The notes below the pieces were generated by a model, which was not told the DNA's origin, searched no databases, and saw only the letters and a list, made by a program, of their open reading frames with translations. Source: an uncultured bacterium (GTDB lineage Bacteria; Acidobacteriota; Thermoanaerobaculia; Multivoradales; JAHZIX01). From it: a DNA stretch of 64,000 nt. Both the position numbers and the translations under genes were made by a program. Within the stretch, counting starts at the first letter, position 1, and each line of letters begins with the position of its first letter. Where the stretch lies: the NCBI GenBank assembly GCA_965368975.1, contig CBDUPA010000001.1, positions 608,001 to 672,000 on the forward strand. Direction: 5' to 3'. Positions 45,755 to 54,499 of this stretch are shown here, one piece after another.

Positions 45755-47680
45755 TCAGTCGCCGCGGGCGAGGAGCAGGAAGCTACACAGGCCCGGCAGG
45801 CTCGTCATCAGGGTGATCAGGGTCCAGAGTCGAGTGTCGCGCCGCGATAGACCGCGCCGCCGAGCGAGGCCGAAAGTAGTCCCAGCGGCCAGTAGGGCGA
45901 TCAGCAGCGCGGCGACGAGGATCGGGGTCGGCGGTGGCCGGTGCAGCAGGTCGCGCAGGCGCGCGTGATCGCCGGCCTCGGGCAGCAGTAGTGCGCGCGC
46001 CAGGTCCGCACCGCTTTGCAGCAGTGGTGCCTGGAGGAAGTTCCAGTGGCGCAGCCAGGCTGGTGGCCCAGCGGCCAGCGGCTGGTCGACGACGGTTTCG
46101 AAGCTGCTGCCCATCTCGAAGCTGCTGCCCATCTCGAAGTTGCTGGCCGTCTCGGAGTTCCCGTCGACGTGCAGCACGCCGACGATCTGTCGCGCCGGTC
46201 CCAGGTCGCGCTCGCTCAGCGTGCCGTAGGCGAAGGCGACGACGAAAGCTGGATCTGTTGAGGCTTGTGGGTCCTGGGGGTATGGAGTGATCACCACGTG
46301 CAGCAGGTGCCGTAGCTCTTCCGGCCACGGGACGCTGAGCATCCCGTTCGAGGCTGCGGGCACTAGCAGGTAGAGCGCCCGGTCGGTCAACACGCTGGCG
46401 AAGCCGTCGTGATCGATCAGCGGCGCCACCAGCGTTTCGGCTGCCGGGGCCTCGAAGCGCGTCTCGAAGCGCTGGCGGTCCGAGTCGAAGCTGTAGATCC
46501 GGTGGTCGGTGACCAGTTGAGAGTCACTCCAAACACGCGGCACCTCCTCGAAACGGCCGGCCTCTTCAGGAGTAGCGGCGCGGCCCGCGAGGCCCAGCCA
46601 ACCACGCGACACGTTGTCTCGTAGGTCACGACCGTGGAAGGCACGCTGGTCGTGGCGCAACGTCCAGCTCACGCCGGCCGGGTCGCCCAGTACCTGGTCG
46701 CGGTCCTGGAACGGCGGCTGCTGCCAACGTGACCGCCGCCACCAGCGGACGGCTCGCTGGGCACTCTTGTCTTCGCTGTCGAGTTCCTGATCTGCTGGCT
46801 CCAGCGCGGCTGGCCCCAGCGCGGCGAGCAGCTGACGGCTGCGCGGTGTTTGCTGCAGCCGTAGGCCGTGGACAAGGGCATCCTGGCCATAGAGGTAGGA
46901 GAGCCGGGCGTAGGTGCCGGGTGCGAAGTATTCGTTCCAGCTGTGGCGGGCGAAGCTGCGCCAACCGTGCTCTTGGACCGCGACGACGGTCGCGTAGCTC
47001 AGGTTGCCGGCAAACCAGAGCGCGCCAAAGAGCGCCAGCTGGATCGCCAGCGCTCGGCCGATCAAGGACAGCGCGGAGCGCGGTGGAGCGTCGATCGCCG
47101 GTTGTAGAGCCGAGCGTGCCAGCGCGTAGAGGCCGGCGATCACCGCCAGCAGCACCAGTGCACTCCACCAGCCGGCGGCGGTCAGACTGAGGTAGAGCAG
47201 CGGCAGGGCGATCACCAGGACACCGGCCCGGTGCGCACGCAGGTTCACCAGCAGGCCGAGCAGATAGCAGACCAACACGTGGCAGAACAGCCAGGGCAGC
47301 AGCAGCAAGGTGCGTGTCTCGACGCCCGGGCCGGCGCCGGCTTCGAGGCCCAGGACGACCAGCAGCCAGGGGCCGGCGAGCACGGCTAGCAGCAGCAGGA
47401 CGGCGGCGGTCAGCAACGCGTGCAGTACTTGCACCGGCGTCGAGGGGCGGTGCAGCAGGAAAGGCCACAGCCCCTTGCGGCGGTAGCCGGAAACCTGGGC
47501 GGCACCGAGCAGGGCACCGAGAAGTCCGTAGCTCACGCAGACGGCGAAGAAGGTCTGTCTGTCCGCGCCATCGCCCTTCGACGCGACCGCCGTGATCAGG
47601 ATCGCCAGGTGCGCCAGGCCTGCCCACAGCGCCAGGCGGCGGAAGCGGTACAACTCGGCTTGGACCAGATGCCACATCAC
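45755..47680 (-). CDS. ABC transporter permease-like membrane protein with large extracytoplasmic domain
   Basis: Multiple N-terminal TMs with FLLHRP motif, soluble domain, C-terminal TMs; follows an ATPase gene. Confidence 0.75.
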   Translation of the reverse strand: MMWHLVQAELYRFRRLALWAGLAHLAILITAVASKGDGADRQTFFAVCVSYGLLGALLGAAQVSGYRRKGLWPFLLHRPSTPVQVLHALLTAAVLLLLAVLAGPWLLVVLGLEAGAGPGVETRTLLLLPWLFCHVLVCYLLGLLVNLRAHRAGVLVIALPLLYLSLTAAGWWSALVLLAVIAGLYALARSALQPAIDAPPRSALSLIGRALAIQLALFGALWFAGNLSYATVVAVQEHGWRSFARHSWNEYFAPGTYARLSYLYGQDALVHGLRLQQTPRSRQLLAALGPAALEPADQELDSEDKSAQRAVRWWRRSRWQQPPFQDRDQVLGDPAGVSWTLRHDQRAFHGRDLRDNVSRGWLGLAGRAATPEEAGRFEEVPRVWSDSQLVTDHRIYSFDSDRQRFETRFEAPAAETLVAPLIDHDGFASVLTDRALYLLVPAASNGMLSVPWPEELRHLLHVVITPYPQDPQASTDPAFVVAFAYGTLSERDLGPARQIVGVLHVDGNSETASNFEMGSSFEMGSSFETVVDQPLAAGPPAWLRHWNFLQAPLLQSGADLARALLLPEAGDHARLRDLLHRPPPTPILVAALLIALLAAGTTFGLARRRGLSRRDTRLWTLITLMTSLPGLCSFLLLARGD

Positions 47681-47686
47681 GGACTC

Positions 47687-48658
47687 CTAGACGGTGGGGG
47701 AGGAAGGAAAAGACGAGTGGGTGGGGTCGACGGTACGCCCGAGCAGCGCGCGCGCCGCGGCTTCGAAACTGACGGCCTGCCGGCTGACGTCGGTGGCGCC
47801 GAGAGCCGCCAGCTCGGCGGCGAAGTCGTCGCCGCGGTCGAGGACGTGGAATTGCTGGATGCCGTCGAGGTCGCGGGCTTGCAGGACGCCATGCCCCGTG
47901 GGCACCGCCGCGCCGGCCGGCAGCGAGGCGGTCCAGGCGACGACGCGGCGGCACAGCTCGTCCGGCGTCGCCGACAGCAGGTTCTGGCCGCCATCGAGCA
48001 GCCAGACCGAGTCGGCCAGTCGCTCGACGTCGTCCAGCTGGTGGGAGCAATAGACCACGGTGCGTTGGAGGCCGTTCTCGCCGGTGTCGTCGCTGGAGCC
48101 CAGGCTGCCCTCCGGGTCCGCGAACAGCAGCGACTCGACGAAGCTCTGGCGCGCCACCACGTCGAGCCCCAGCATTGGCTCGTCGAGGATCAGCAAGCGC
48201 GGTTTCTGTGCCAGCGCCAACGCCAGCGCCAGCCCGGCGCGCTCACCGCGCGACAGCGCGCCGACGTGTTGCCGGGCGGGGATGTCGAATTGCCCCAGGA
48301 CTTCGGCGCACAAGCGTGGTTGCCAGCCAGCAAAGCTGGCTTCTTGTAGTGCGATCAACTGCTCGACGCGCAACCAGCCGGGCAGCGCGTGCTCTTCGCT
48401 GATCCAACCGATCCGCGCCCGTTGCGCCGGCGTCAGGCGTGTCGAGTCGGTGCCCAGGACCGAGCAGTGGCCGGACGTCGGGTGCAGGAAGCCGAGCAGC
48501 AACTGAAAGAGCGTCGATTTGCCGGCTCCGTTGCGTCCGATCACGGCATGGATGCCGCCTTCCGGGATGCGCATGGACAAGGCTCGCAGGACGGGCTTGC
48601 GGCCGTAGTTCTTGCACAGCGCGTGCGTCTCGACGGCTGCCGTGGGCGTTTCAGGCAT
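47687..48658 (-). CDS. ABC transporter ATP-binding protein (YtrB-like)
   Basis: GRNGAGKST, LSRGE, ILDEP, CSH. Confidence 0.93.
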   Translation of the reverse strand: MPETPTAAVETHALCKNYGRKPVLRALSMRIPEGGIHAVIGRNGAGKSTLFQLLLGFLHPTSGHCSVLGTDSTRLTPAQRARIGWISEEHALPGWLRVEQLIALQEASFAGWQPRLCAEVLGQFDIPARQHVGALSRGERAGLALALALAQKPRLLILDEPMLGLDVVARQSFVESLLFADPEGSLGSSDDTGENGLQRTVVYCSHQLDDVERLADSVWLLDGGQNLLSATPDELCRRVVAWTASLPAGAAVPTGHGVLQARDLDGIQQFHVLDRGDDFAAELAALGATDVSRQAVSFEAAARALLGRTVDPTHSSFPSSPTV

Positions 48659-49085
48659 CGTTGCCTCCCTTGCCGGGATGTTCTGGATCTTCGGTTCCTA
48701 CTGGCTCTCGAGGTTTGACCGCCTCGAGTTCCTGTGCCACGCGCTCGAGGATCTCGCCGTCCTCCAAGCTGAGGGGCAGCACCGCGTTGACGAAGTGCCG
48801 GGTCGCTTCCTGCAAACGTCGTTGCCGTTCCTCGTCGTGCAGCATCTGCTTCGGCTCACAGACGAAGACGCCGATGCCCTGGCGCGACTCGATCAACCCC
48901 TCGGCGGACAGCTGTCGGTACGCCTTGGCGACCGTGTTCAGGCTCACCGTCAGCTGTAGCGCCAGTCCGCGCACGCTGGGCAGGCGGCTACCCTGCGCCA
49001 GTTCGCCCGCGGCGATCTTGCGCCGCAGACCTTCGAGGATCTGCTGCGATATCGGGCGCGGGTCTCCGGTGATGATCTGGATCAT
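48651..49085 (-). CDS. GntR family regulator, YtrA subfamily
   Basis: PISQQI, LPSVRGLA, NTVAKAY, RQGIGVFV; short C-terminus; precedes ABC genes. Confidence 0.92.
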   Translation of the reverse strand: MIQIITGDPRPISQQILEGLRRKIAAGELAQGSRLPSVRGLALQLTVSLNTVAKAYRQLSAEGLIESRQGIGVFVCEPKQMLHDEERQRRLQEATRHFVNAVLPLSLEDGEILERVAQELEAVKPREPVGTEDPEHPGKGGNDA

Positions 49086-49128
49086 GGGTTGATGTTCTCG
49101 TTGGACGTCGGTGTGTCGTCCGTATCAG

Positions 49129-49164
49129 GTGTATCAATATGCTTGATACACTGGCTCGTGTCAA
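49129..49164 (-). promoter_or_regulatory. YtrA-type operator overlapping a sigma70 promoter
   Basis: Perfect inverted repeat GTGTATCAA-tatgc-TTGATACAC (49129-49151) covering the -10 of TTGACA-17 bp-CATATT. Confidence 0.8.
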
Positions 49165-49218
49165 GAGGAAAGATGGAGTGGGTGCAGGAGGTGGCGGGGG
49201 TCGAGGAATGAACGCGGT

Positions 49219-49238
49219 TAGTAACCTTTGTGTTACTA
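49219..49238 (+). promoter_or_regulatory. TA operon operator
   Basis: TAGTAAC-ctttgt-GTTACTA inverted repeat 10 bp before the toxin ATG. Confidence 0.65.
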
Positions 49239-49248
49239 TTGTCGCGTG

Positions 49249-49586
49249 ATGGAGCTTCGCGAGTTCGTCGACGACCAGGGCGGAGCCCCTTCGCGGATTG
49301 GTTCGATCGGTTGAATGCTCCCGCAGCGGCGAAAGTCGCCACCGCCTTGATCCGAATGGAGCAGGGGAATCTGTCGAACGCGAAGAGCGTTGGCCAAGGG
49401 GTCCTCGAAACGAGGATCGACTTCGGGCCAGGGTACCGAGTCTACTTTGGCAGGGATGGAGACGCCCTGATCATTTTGGTCGCCGGTGGTACCAAGAAGC
49501 GACAGTCCAGCGATATCCAGCAGGCGCAACAGCGGTGGCGGGATTACCGCCGACGCAAGCAGGCTCAACGAAAGAAGGGACGCTAG
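49249..49586 (+). pseudogene. RelE/ParE-type 'addiction module killer' toxin, frameshifted near codon 11
   Basis: MELREFVDDQG in one frame, RSPFADWFDRL...RIDFGPGYRVYFG...GGTKKRQ in another; one base missing at CAGGGCGG. Confidence 0.75.
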
Positions 49587-49588
49587 TC

Positions 49589-49921
49589 ATGCCTCTGACC
49601 AAGGACTTCAAGCTAACGATTAAACAGCGCATCCAGGCTGATCCAGCCTTCCGAGAGGAATTGTTCAAGGAAGGTATTCAGTGCTTGCTGACCGGGGACC
49701 TCGAAACAGGAAAGGCGATCTTGAGGGACTACATCAATGGAACCTTGGGTTTTCGAGAACTCAGTTCCCGGACCGGTAAGCCCGTCAAGAGCCTGATGCG
49801 GATGTTCAGTCCGGCAGGCAATCCGCAGGCGCGGAACGTTTTCGAGGTCCTGGGCTGTCTCCAGCGCCGGGAAGGTGTGCAAGTCGAGGTGCGGTTGCAG
49901 CCCGTAGCAACTCAGGTGTAG
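49589..49921 (+). CDS. HTH antitoxin / transcriptional regulator
   Basis: MPLTKDFK...LRDYINGTLGF..LS..TGKPVKSLMRMFSPAGNP; directly follows the toxin. Confidence 0.85.
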   Translation: MPLTKDFKLTIKQRIQADPAFREELFKEGIQCLLTGDLETGKAILRDYINGTLGFRELSSRTGKPVKSLMRMFSPAGNPQARNVFEVLGCLQRREGVQVEVRLQPVATQV

Positions 49922-49938
49922 TTCAGTTTCTTGCCACT

Positions 49939-51393
49939 TCACGGCACCTGGCTCGACCACTTGGTGAGGTTGCCCGACTCGAAGCCATCGCTGAAGATCC
50001 AGTCCGGAATCAGCGCGTCGGCCAGCTCATTGATGTACTCCTCGATCGCCGTGTATCCGGATGCCATCACCGTCGAGTGATCACTGCCGTTAGCCGGGTC
50101 GAGGCCGTTGTCGCTCTCCCAGGTGTCCGCCATGCCGTCACAATCGAGATCCGTCGGCGGTGTGCCGGGCGTCAGGCCATCGAGCCAGTCCGCTGGCCGC
50201 CGGTTGCCCCAGGCACCGCTGCGCCCTTCGACATCTTCCACGGCCCAACGGTTGACGATGTCTCGTGGAAAGGCGCCAACCTCGCGCAGGATACGCTCCG
50301 TGGTGACGGACGCCGCCTGCGTGCTGACCGGCACGTAGCCAGAGATCCCGCTGAAGTCGAAGAAGCCGGCGGCGTTGAACTGTCCTGAGACGATGCCGCA
50401 GCAGGCGAAGGAGTACTCGCTGGCGAAGTTCGGCGTGGTGTAGGGGTTGTCGACCCGACCGACGAACGTCCCTGGATCCTCGACGTAGTTGTCCCACACC
50501 CAGTAGCGCGTCGGGATCGGCGTCGAGCTGTTCTCGGGGTCGAAGTAGAAGGGGGCCAGCGAGATGCTGGGTCCCTCGAGGAAGACATTGCCCACCAGGT
50601 TGAAGTCGCCACCGGCGATGTTGTGGTGCACGAAGCCCTCGCGGCCGTTGTAGACCACGTTGTTGACCACATCCGCCGGGCCGGTCGACAGTGCTGGTGT
50701 GCGGTTGCGGGCGTGGGCGAAGAGATTGTGGTGGATCGAGATGCGGCCGCCGGGCGGATCGCCGGGGTCGCAGGTGCCGCTGTCTTCACAAGGCCGGTGG
50801 TTGAGGATGCCTTTGTTGTGCGTCCAGCCGTTGCCCGGGTCGTAGATCGGGTAGGTGATCGCCGACCACTGCAGCGTGATGTCGCTGGCACCGCCCCACA
50901 AGTCGATCGTCTCGTCGGCGCCGTGGGAAGCGTCGATGTGATCGAAGATGATCGTATGGTTGGTCGAGAACTGGATCGAGTCGTGCTGGCTGGCCGGCCA
51001 TTCGGCGTCCGGATCGGGTGGCCGGATGCGCAGGTGGCGGATGACGAGGTTGCCGAAAGTAGTGCCGTAGGTGGTGTAGAGGTGCCCGTGGATCGTGATG
51101 CCGGCGCCCGGTGCCGTCTGCCCGGCGATGGTGACGTCGCCGTGCGGAATGTGCACGTCGCCGTCGATGACGCCCGAGACGTCGAAGACGATGATCCGAG
51201 GTCCCGCTTGGTCGAGCGCCCATTGCAGGCTACCCGGGCCGCTGATGGCCAGCGTCGTGACCTTGTAGACGTTGCCGCCACGGCCACCGGTGGCGACGGC
51301 ACCGAAGCCCTCGGCGCCGGGGAAGGCGGGCAACTGCGCGGGGGCAGCCGTGGGTAGAACGCCGAGCGCGAGGATCAAGAGGAAGGCGATCAT
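49939..51393 (-). CDS. Secreted pectate lyase-like protein (PL1-type beta-helix)
   Basis: AFPGAEGFG..ATGGRGG, GSL, TIAGQTAPG, HHNLFAH..NRTP, DxDxDGM; tail IFSDGFESG. Confidence 0.88.
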   Translation of the reverse strand: MIAFLLILALGVLPTAAPAQLPAFPGAEGFGAVATGGRGGNVYKVTTLAISGPGSLQWALDQAGPRIIVFDVSGVIDGDVHIPHGDVTIAGQTAPGAGITIHGHLYTTYGTTFGNLVIRHLRIRPPDPDAEWPASQHDSIQFSTNHTIIFDHIDASHGADETIDLWGGASDITLQWSAITYPIYDPGNGWTHNKGILNHRPCEDSGTCDPGDPPGGRISIHHNLFAHARNRTPALSTGPADVVNNVVYNGREGFVHHNIAGGDFNLVGNVFLEGPSISLAPFYFDPENSSTPIPTRYWVWDNYVEDPGTFVGRVDNPYTTPNFASEYSFACCGIVSGQFNAAGFFDFSGISGYVPVSTQAASVTTERILREVGAFPRDIVNRWAVEDVEGRSGAWGNRRPADWLDGLTPGTPPTDLDCDGMADTWESDNGLDPANGSDHSTVMASGYTAIEEYINELADALIPDWIFSDGFESGNLTKWSSQVP

Positions 51394-51607
51394 GAGGCAC
51401 TCCTTGAACTGCACGTTGAGCCAGGATCTGAGCAACGATCCTAACCATGACGGACAACCAGTATGATCGCTTGATTCCGAGAAAGCGATACGGATGGACG
51501 AGTCTGAGGCTCTCTGCTGGGGCATTCTGATAATCTCCTAGTCCCCTCTTGTGCCATGTCGCCGCGGTGACTGGAGCCAGCGAACGGGGTCAAACTCAGG
51601 AGCGTCC

Positions 51608-51973
51608 ATGAAGCGATCGGTACGAGCCGATTCGGAGAAGAACATCCTCTACCTGAAATTTAGCGGCTTCCATCAGGCCGAGGACGCGCACGAGAATATC
51701 GCCGCAATCTTACGCGAGGTTCCGAAGCTCCAGCCAGGGTTTGCGGTCATCAACGACATCTCGGACTTCGATGTCGCAGACCTTGAGGCGCAGGAGATTC
51801 TGAAGCAGGGTATGGCCCACCTGCAGTCGATCGGTTGCCGGCGCGTGATCCGCGTGGTGAGCCGGACGTTGGCGATGCACCAATTCTCGAGCGCGTCCCA
51901 AGACGTCGGCTATAAAGCAGATCTGGCACTTTCCGTCGCCGAGGCAGAGCGGATGCTGGCAGAAGGAGCCTGA
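51608..51973 (+). CDS. Hypothetical protein (STAS/SEC14-like)
   Basis: AGGAG RBS; 121-aa alpha/beta pattern ending SVAEAERML. Confidence 0.6.
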   Translation: MKRSVRADSEKNILYLKFSGFHQAEDAHENIAAILREVPKLQPGFAVINDISDFDVADLEAQEILKQGMAHLQSIGCRRVIRVVSRTLAMHQFSSASQDVGYKADLALSVAEAERMLAEGA

Positions 51974-52038
51974 CCGGTTGCCGATTGGCGATCCTCGACA
52001 GGGTGCCTACCGTATACTGCGGCACCGGAAATACCCTC

Positions 52039-52707
52039 ATGAGTGCACCGTCCTCTCACACCCTGGATCTGACGACCTGGAAGCGGCGCCAGCACTTCGA
52101 ATTCTTCGAGGACTTTGATCGCCCTTTTTGGAACGTCTGCGTGCCGGTCGACGTCACGGGGTTGTACCAGCACTGCCGAGCGGCAGGGATCTCGTTCTTC
52201 GCCGCGACGCTACACCGCTCGTTGATCGCGGCCAACGAGGTCGAGGAATTCCGCTACCGCCTGCGTCGAGGCACTGATGGCAGAGCCGGGGTCGTCGTCC
52301 ACGACGTCGTCCACGGTGGCTCGACGGTGCTGCGCGACGACGAGACTTTCGGCTTCGGGTACTTCGAGTTCGACCGTGACTTTGACTGCTTTGCCCAAGG
52401 CGTCGCCGCGGGGTTGGAGCGTGCGCGCCAGGACTCCTCGCTGGAGCCGAGTTCGGGCAGCGACGACCTGATCCACTATTCGGTGCTGCGCTGGCTCGCC
52501 TTCACCAGCTTCCAGCACGCGCGCCAGCGTTCGGACGACGATTCGATTCCCAAGGTCGTCTTCGGCAAGGTGCACCGGGTGCAGCAGCCGAACGGTACAG
52601 CAGGCTGGAGCATGCCCGTGTCCGTGGAAGTGCATCATGCCTTGGTCGATGGTCTGCATGTGGGACGGTTCTTCGAGAGCTTCGAGGCGTTGCTGGCCAA
52701 GGTCTGA
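52039..52707 (+). CDS. CatA-like O-acetyltransferase (chloramphenicol acetyltransferase family)
   Basis: W.RRQHFEFF, PKVVFGK, catalytic HHALVDGLH. Confidence 0.88.
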   Translation: MSAPSSHTLDLTTWKRRQHFEFFEDFDRPFWNVCVPVDVTGLYQHCRAAGISFFAATLHRSLIAANEVEEFRYRLRRGTDGRAGVVVHDVVHGGSTVLRDDETFGFGYFEFDRDFDCFAQGVAAGLERARQDSSLEPSSGSDDLIHYSVLRWLAFTSFQHARQRSDDDSIPKVVFGKVHRVQQPNGTAGWSMPVSVEVHHALVDGLHVGRFFESFEALLAKV

Positions 52708-52802
52708 GCACCGCGGCGACGCTCGAGACGGCGCGCCCCTATGCTAGGCTGCCTGCCACAAGCTGACCCGCATCCACCATCTGCCTCACGGAGTCTCGCG
52801 TC

Positions 52803-53627
52803 ATGAAGAAGCTTTGGATTTGCGCCACCCTGCTCGCTCTTTTCGCAATGCCGGCGCAGGCCGGAGTCGTCTTCGAAGTGGAGACCACGGACCACGGAGG
52901 TTCTTCCCGCGGTACCACCACCACGCAGGCTTACATCGAGGGCAAGAACCTCAGGATAGAGATCGCTGCGGGGCGCGGCAGTTCCGAGAGCGAGGCGCTC
53001 TATCGCGGTGATCGTCGAGAGATGGTCGTCGTCGATCATGGAGACAAGACCTACAGGGTGATCGACCAGCAAACCATGGCCGAAATTGCGGGGCAGGTCA
53101 ATTCCGCGATGAGTCAGATCGAGGAGGCGCTCAAGAACGTACCCGAAGACCAGCGGGCGATGGTCGAGCAGATGATGAAGCAACGGATGCCGCAGGCCGC
53201 GGCGCCTCGCCGCCCTGCCGCGCAACTGCGCCGAACCGGCGAGCGTGCCACGCACGCGGGCTATCCCTGCGTCAAGTACGAGGTGCTGCGGGACGGGCGA
53301 AAGATTCGCGAGATGTGGGTGACGGATTGGAGCAACGTGGAGGGCGGAACTGAGGCCGTCGACGCCTTCGAAGGGATGGCGGAATTCTTCCAGGAGCTGC
53401 TGGATTCGATTCCTGACTTTGGCGGTGGCTCGGGGAGCCCCATGGATGACAACCCCTTCGTGCACATGAGGGATATCGGTGGTTTCCCAGTGGTGACTCG
53501 GGAGTTCGACGAAGATGGTTCTTTGGAGAGCGAATCTACACTGCGTTCCTCCCAGCGCCGGACGCTGGATCCGGCCGAGTTCGAGCCGCCCGCCGGCTAC
53601 AAGCGGCGGGAGATGTTCCCATCTTGA
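52803..53627 (+). CDS. Exported DUF4412-like protein
   Basis: Signal peptide AQA; TGE.ATHAGYPC.KY, GFPV, FEPPAGY. Confidence 0.75.
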   Translation: MKKLWICATLLALFAMPAQAGVVFEVETTDHGGSSRGTTTTQAYIEGKNLRIEIAAGRGSSESEALYRGDRREMVVVDHGDKTYRVIDQQTMAEIAGQVNSAMSQIEEALKNVPEDQRAMVEQMMKQRMPQAAAPRRPAAQLRRTGERATHAGYPCVKYEVLRDGRKIREMWVTDWSNVEGGTEAVDAFEGMAEFFQELLDSIPDFGGGSGSPMDDNPFVHMRDIGGFPVVTREFDEDGSLESESTLRSSQRRTLDPAEFEPPAGYKRREMFPS

Positions 53628-53806
53628 GGCGAGCCGAGCCGCCGGATAGCACTTCGTGGCTCCCGGGGGGGGTTCCCGTGACGCGTACGAGCGGCTAGAC
53701 TCGACACCTCGCTGTCACAAGAAGCAACCGTGCACAAGCTACCCGCCAGGGCTCATCACCCGGGCTGATCGCGTGGGAGCGGGGAGCCACAACCCAGGGA
53801 GGAAGC

Positions 53807-54484
53807 ATGGCCAAGAGTACGCTCGCTGGCCTGTTCGGCCGTTCGCCGTTCAAGCCGATGCAGGAGCACATGCAGATCGTCACGAACTGCGCCGCCGAGG
53901 TGATCCCATTGATCGACGCCCTGGTGGCCGGGGATCAGTCGGGCGTCGAAGGTTCGAAGCAGCGCATCTTCGAGCTGGAACAGCAGGCGGATGACGCCAA
54001 GAATGCCATTCGCGCCAATTTGCCGCGCAGCCTGCTGATGCCGGTTGATCGCCGGGATCTGCTCGAGATTCTGCACGCGCAGGACTCGATCGCCGACACC
54101 GCCCAAGATGTCGCTGGTCTGTGCGTGATGCGCAAGACGCGCGTGCCGGAGTCGTTCACGCCGCTGCTGCAGGAGTACGTGCGGCGGGTGGTCGACGCGG
54201 TCGAGCAGTGCCGGCGCGTGATCAACGAACTAGACGAGCTGTTGGAGATTGGCTTCCGCGGCCGGCAGGTCGACCAAGTCGAAGACATGATCAACGAATT
54301 GGGCCGCATCGAGACCGAGACGGACGAGCAGGGGATGCGGCTGATGGCGTGCCTGTTCGAGATTGACGAGCAGCTGAGCACCGGTGCCTTCTTCTTCTGG
54401 CACCAGATGATCGAGAACGTGGGAGACATCGCCGATTTCGCCGAAGACGTCGGCGACCGGCTACGCCTGCTGGTGGCCCGCTGA
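53807..54484 (+). CDS. DUF47/TIGR00153 phosphate transport regulator (PhoU-like)
   Basis: FGRSPFKPMQEHM, LEQQAD, MPVDRRDLL, QDSIAD; adjacent to PiT. Confidence 0.9.
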   Translation: MAKSTLAGLFGRSPFKPMQEHMQIVTNCAAEVIPLIDALVAGDQSGVEGSKQRIFELEQQADDAKNAIRANLPRSLLMPVDRRDLLEILHAQDSIADTAQDVAGLCVMRKTRVPESFTPLLQEYVRRVVDAVEQCRRVINELDELLEIGFRGRQVDQVEDMINELGRIETETDEQGMRLMACLFEIDEQLSTGAFFFWHQMIENVGDIADFAEDVGDRLRLLVAR

Positions 54485-54499
54485 GGAGCAAAGACGAGG

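Noticed and set aside
53656-53790. SRP RNA, 6S RNA or tRNA identity
   Set aside because: Lacks the SRP GGAA tetraloop domain, a clear 6S central bubble with terminal stem, and a cloverleaf with T-loop; kept only as an unassigned structure.
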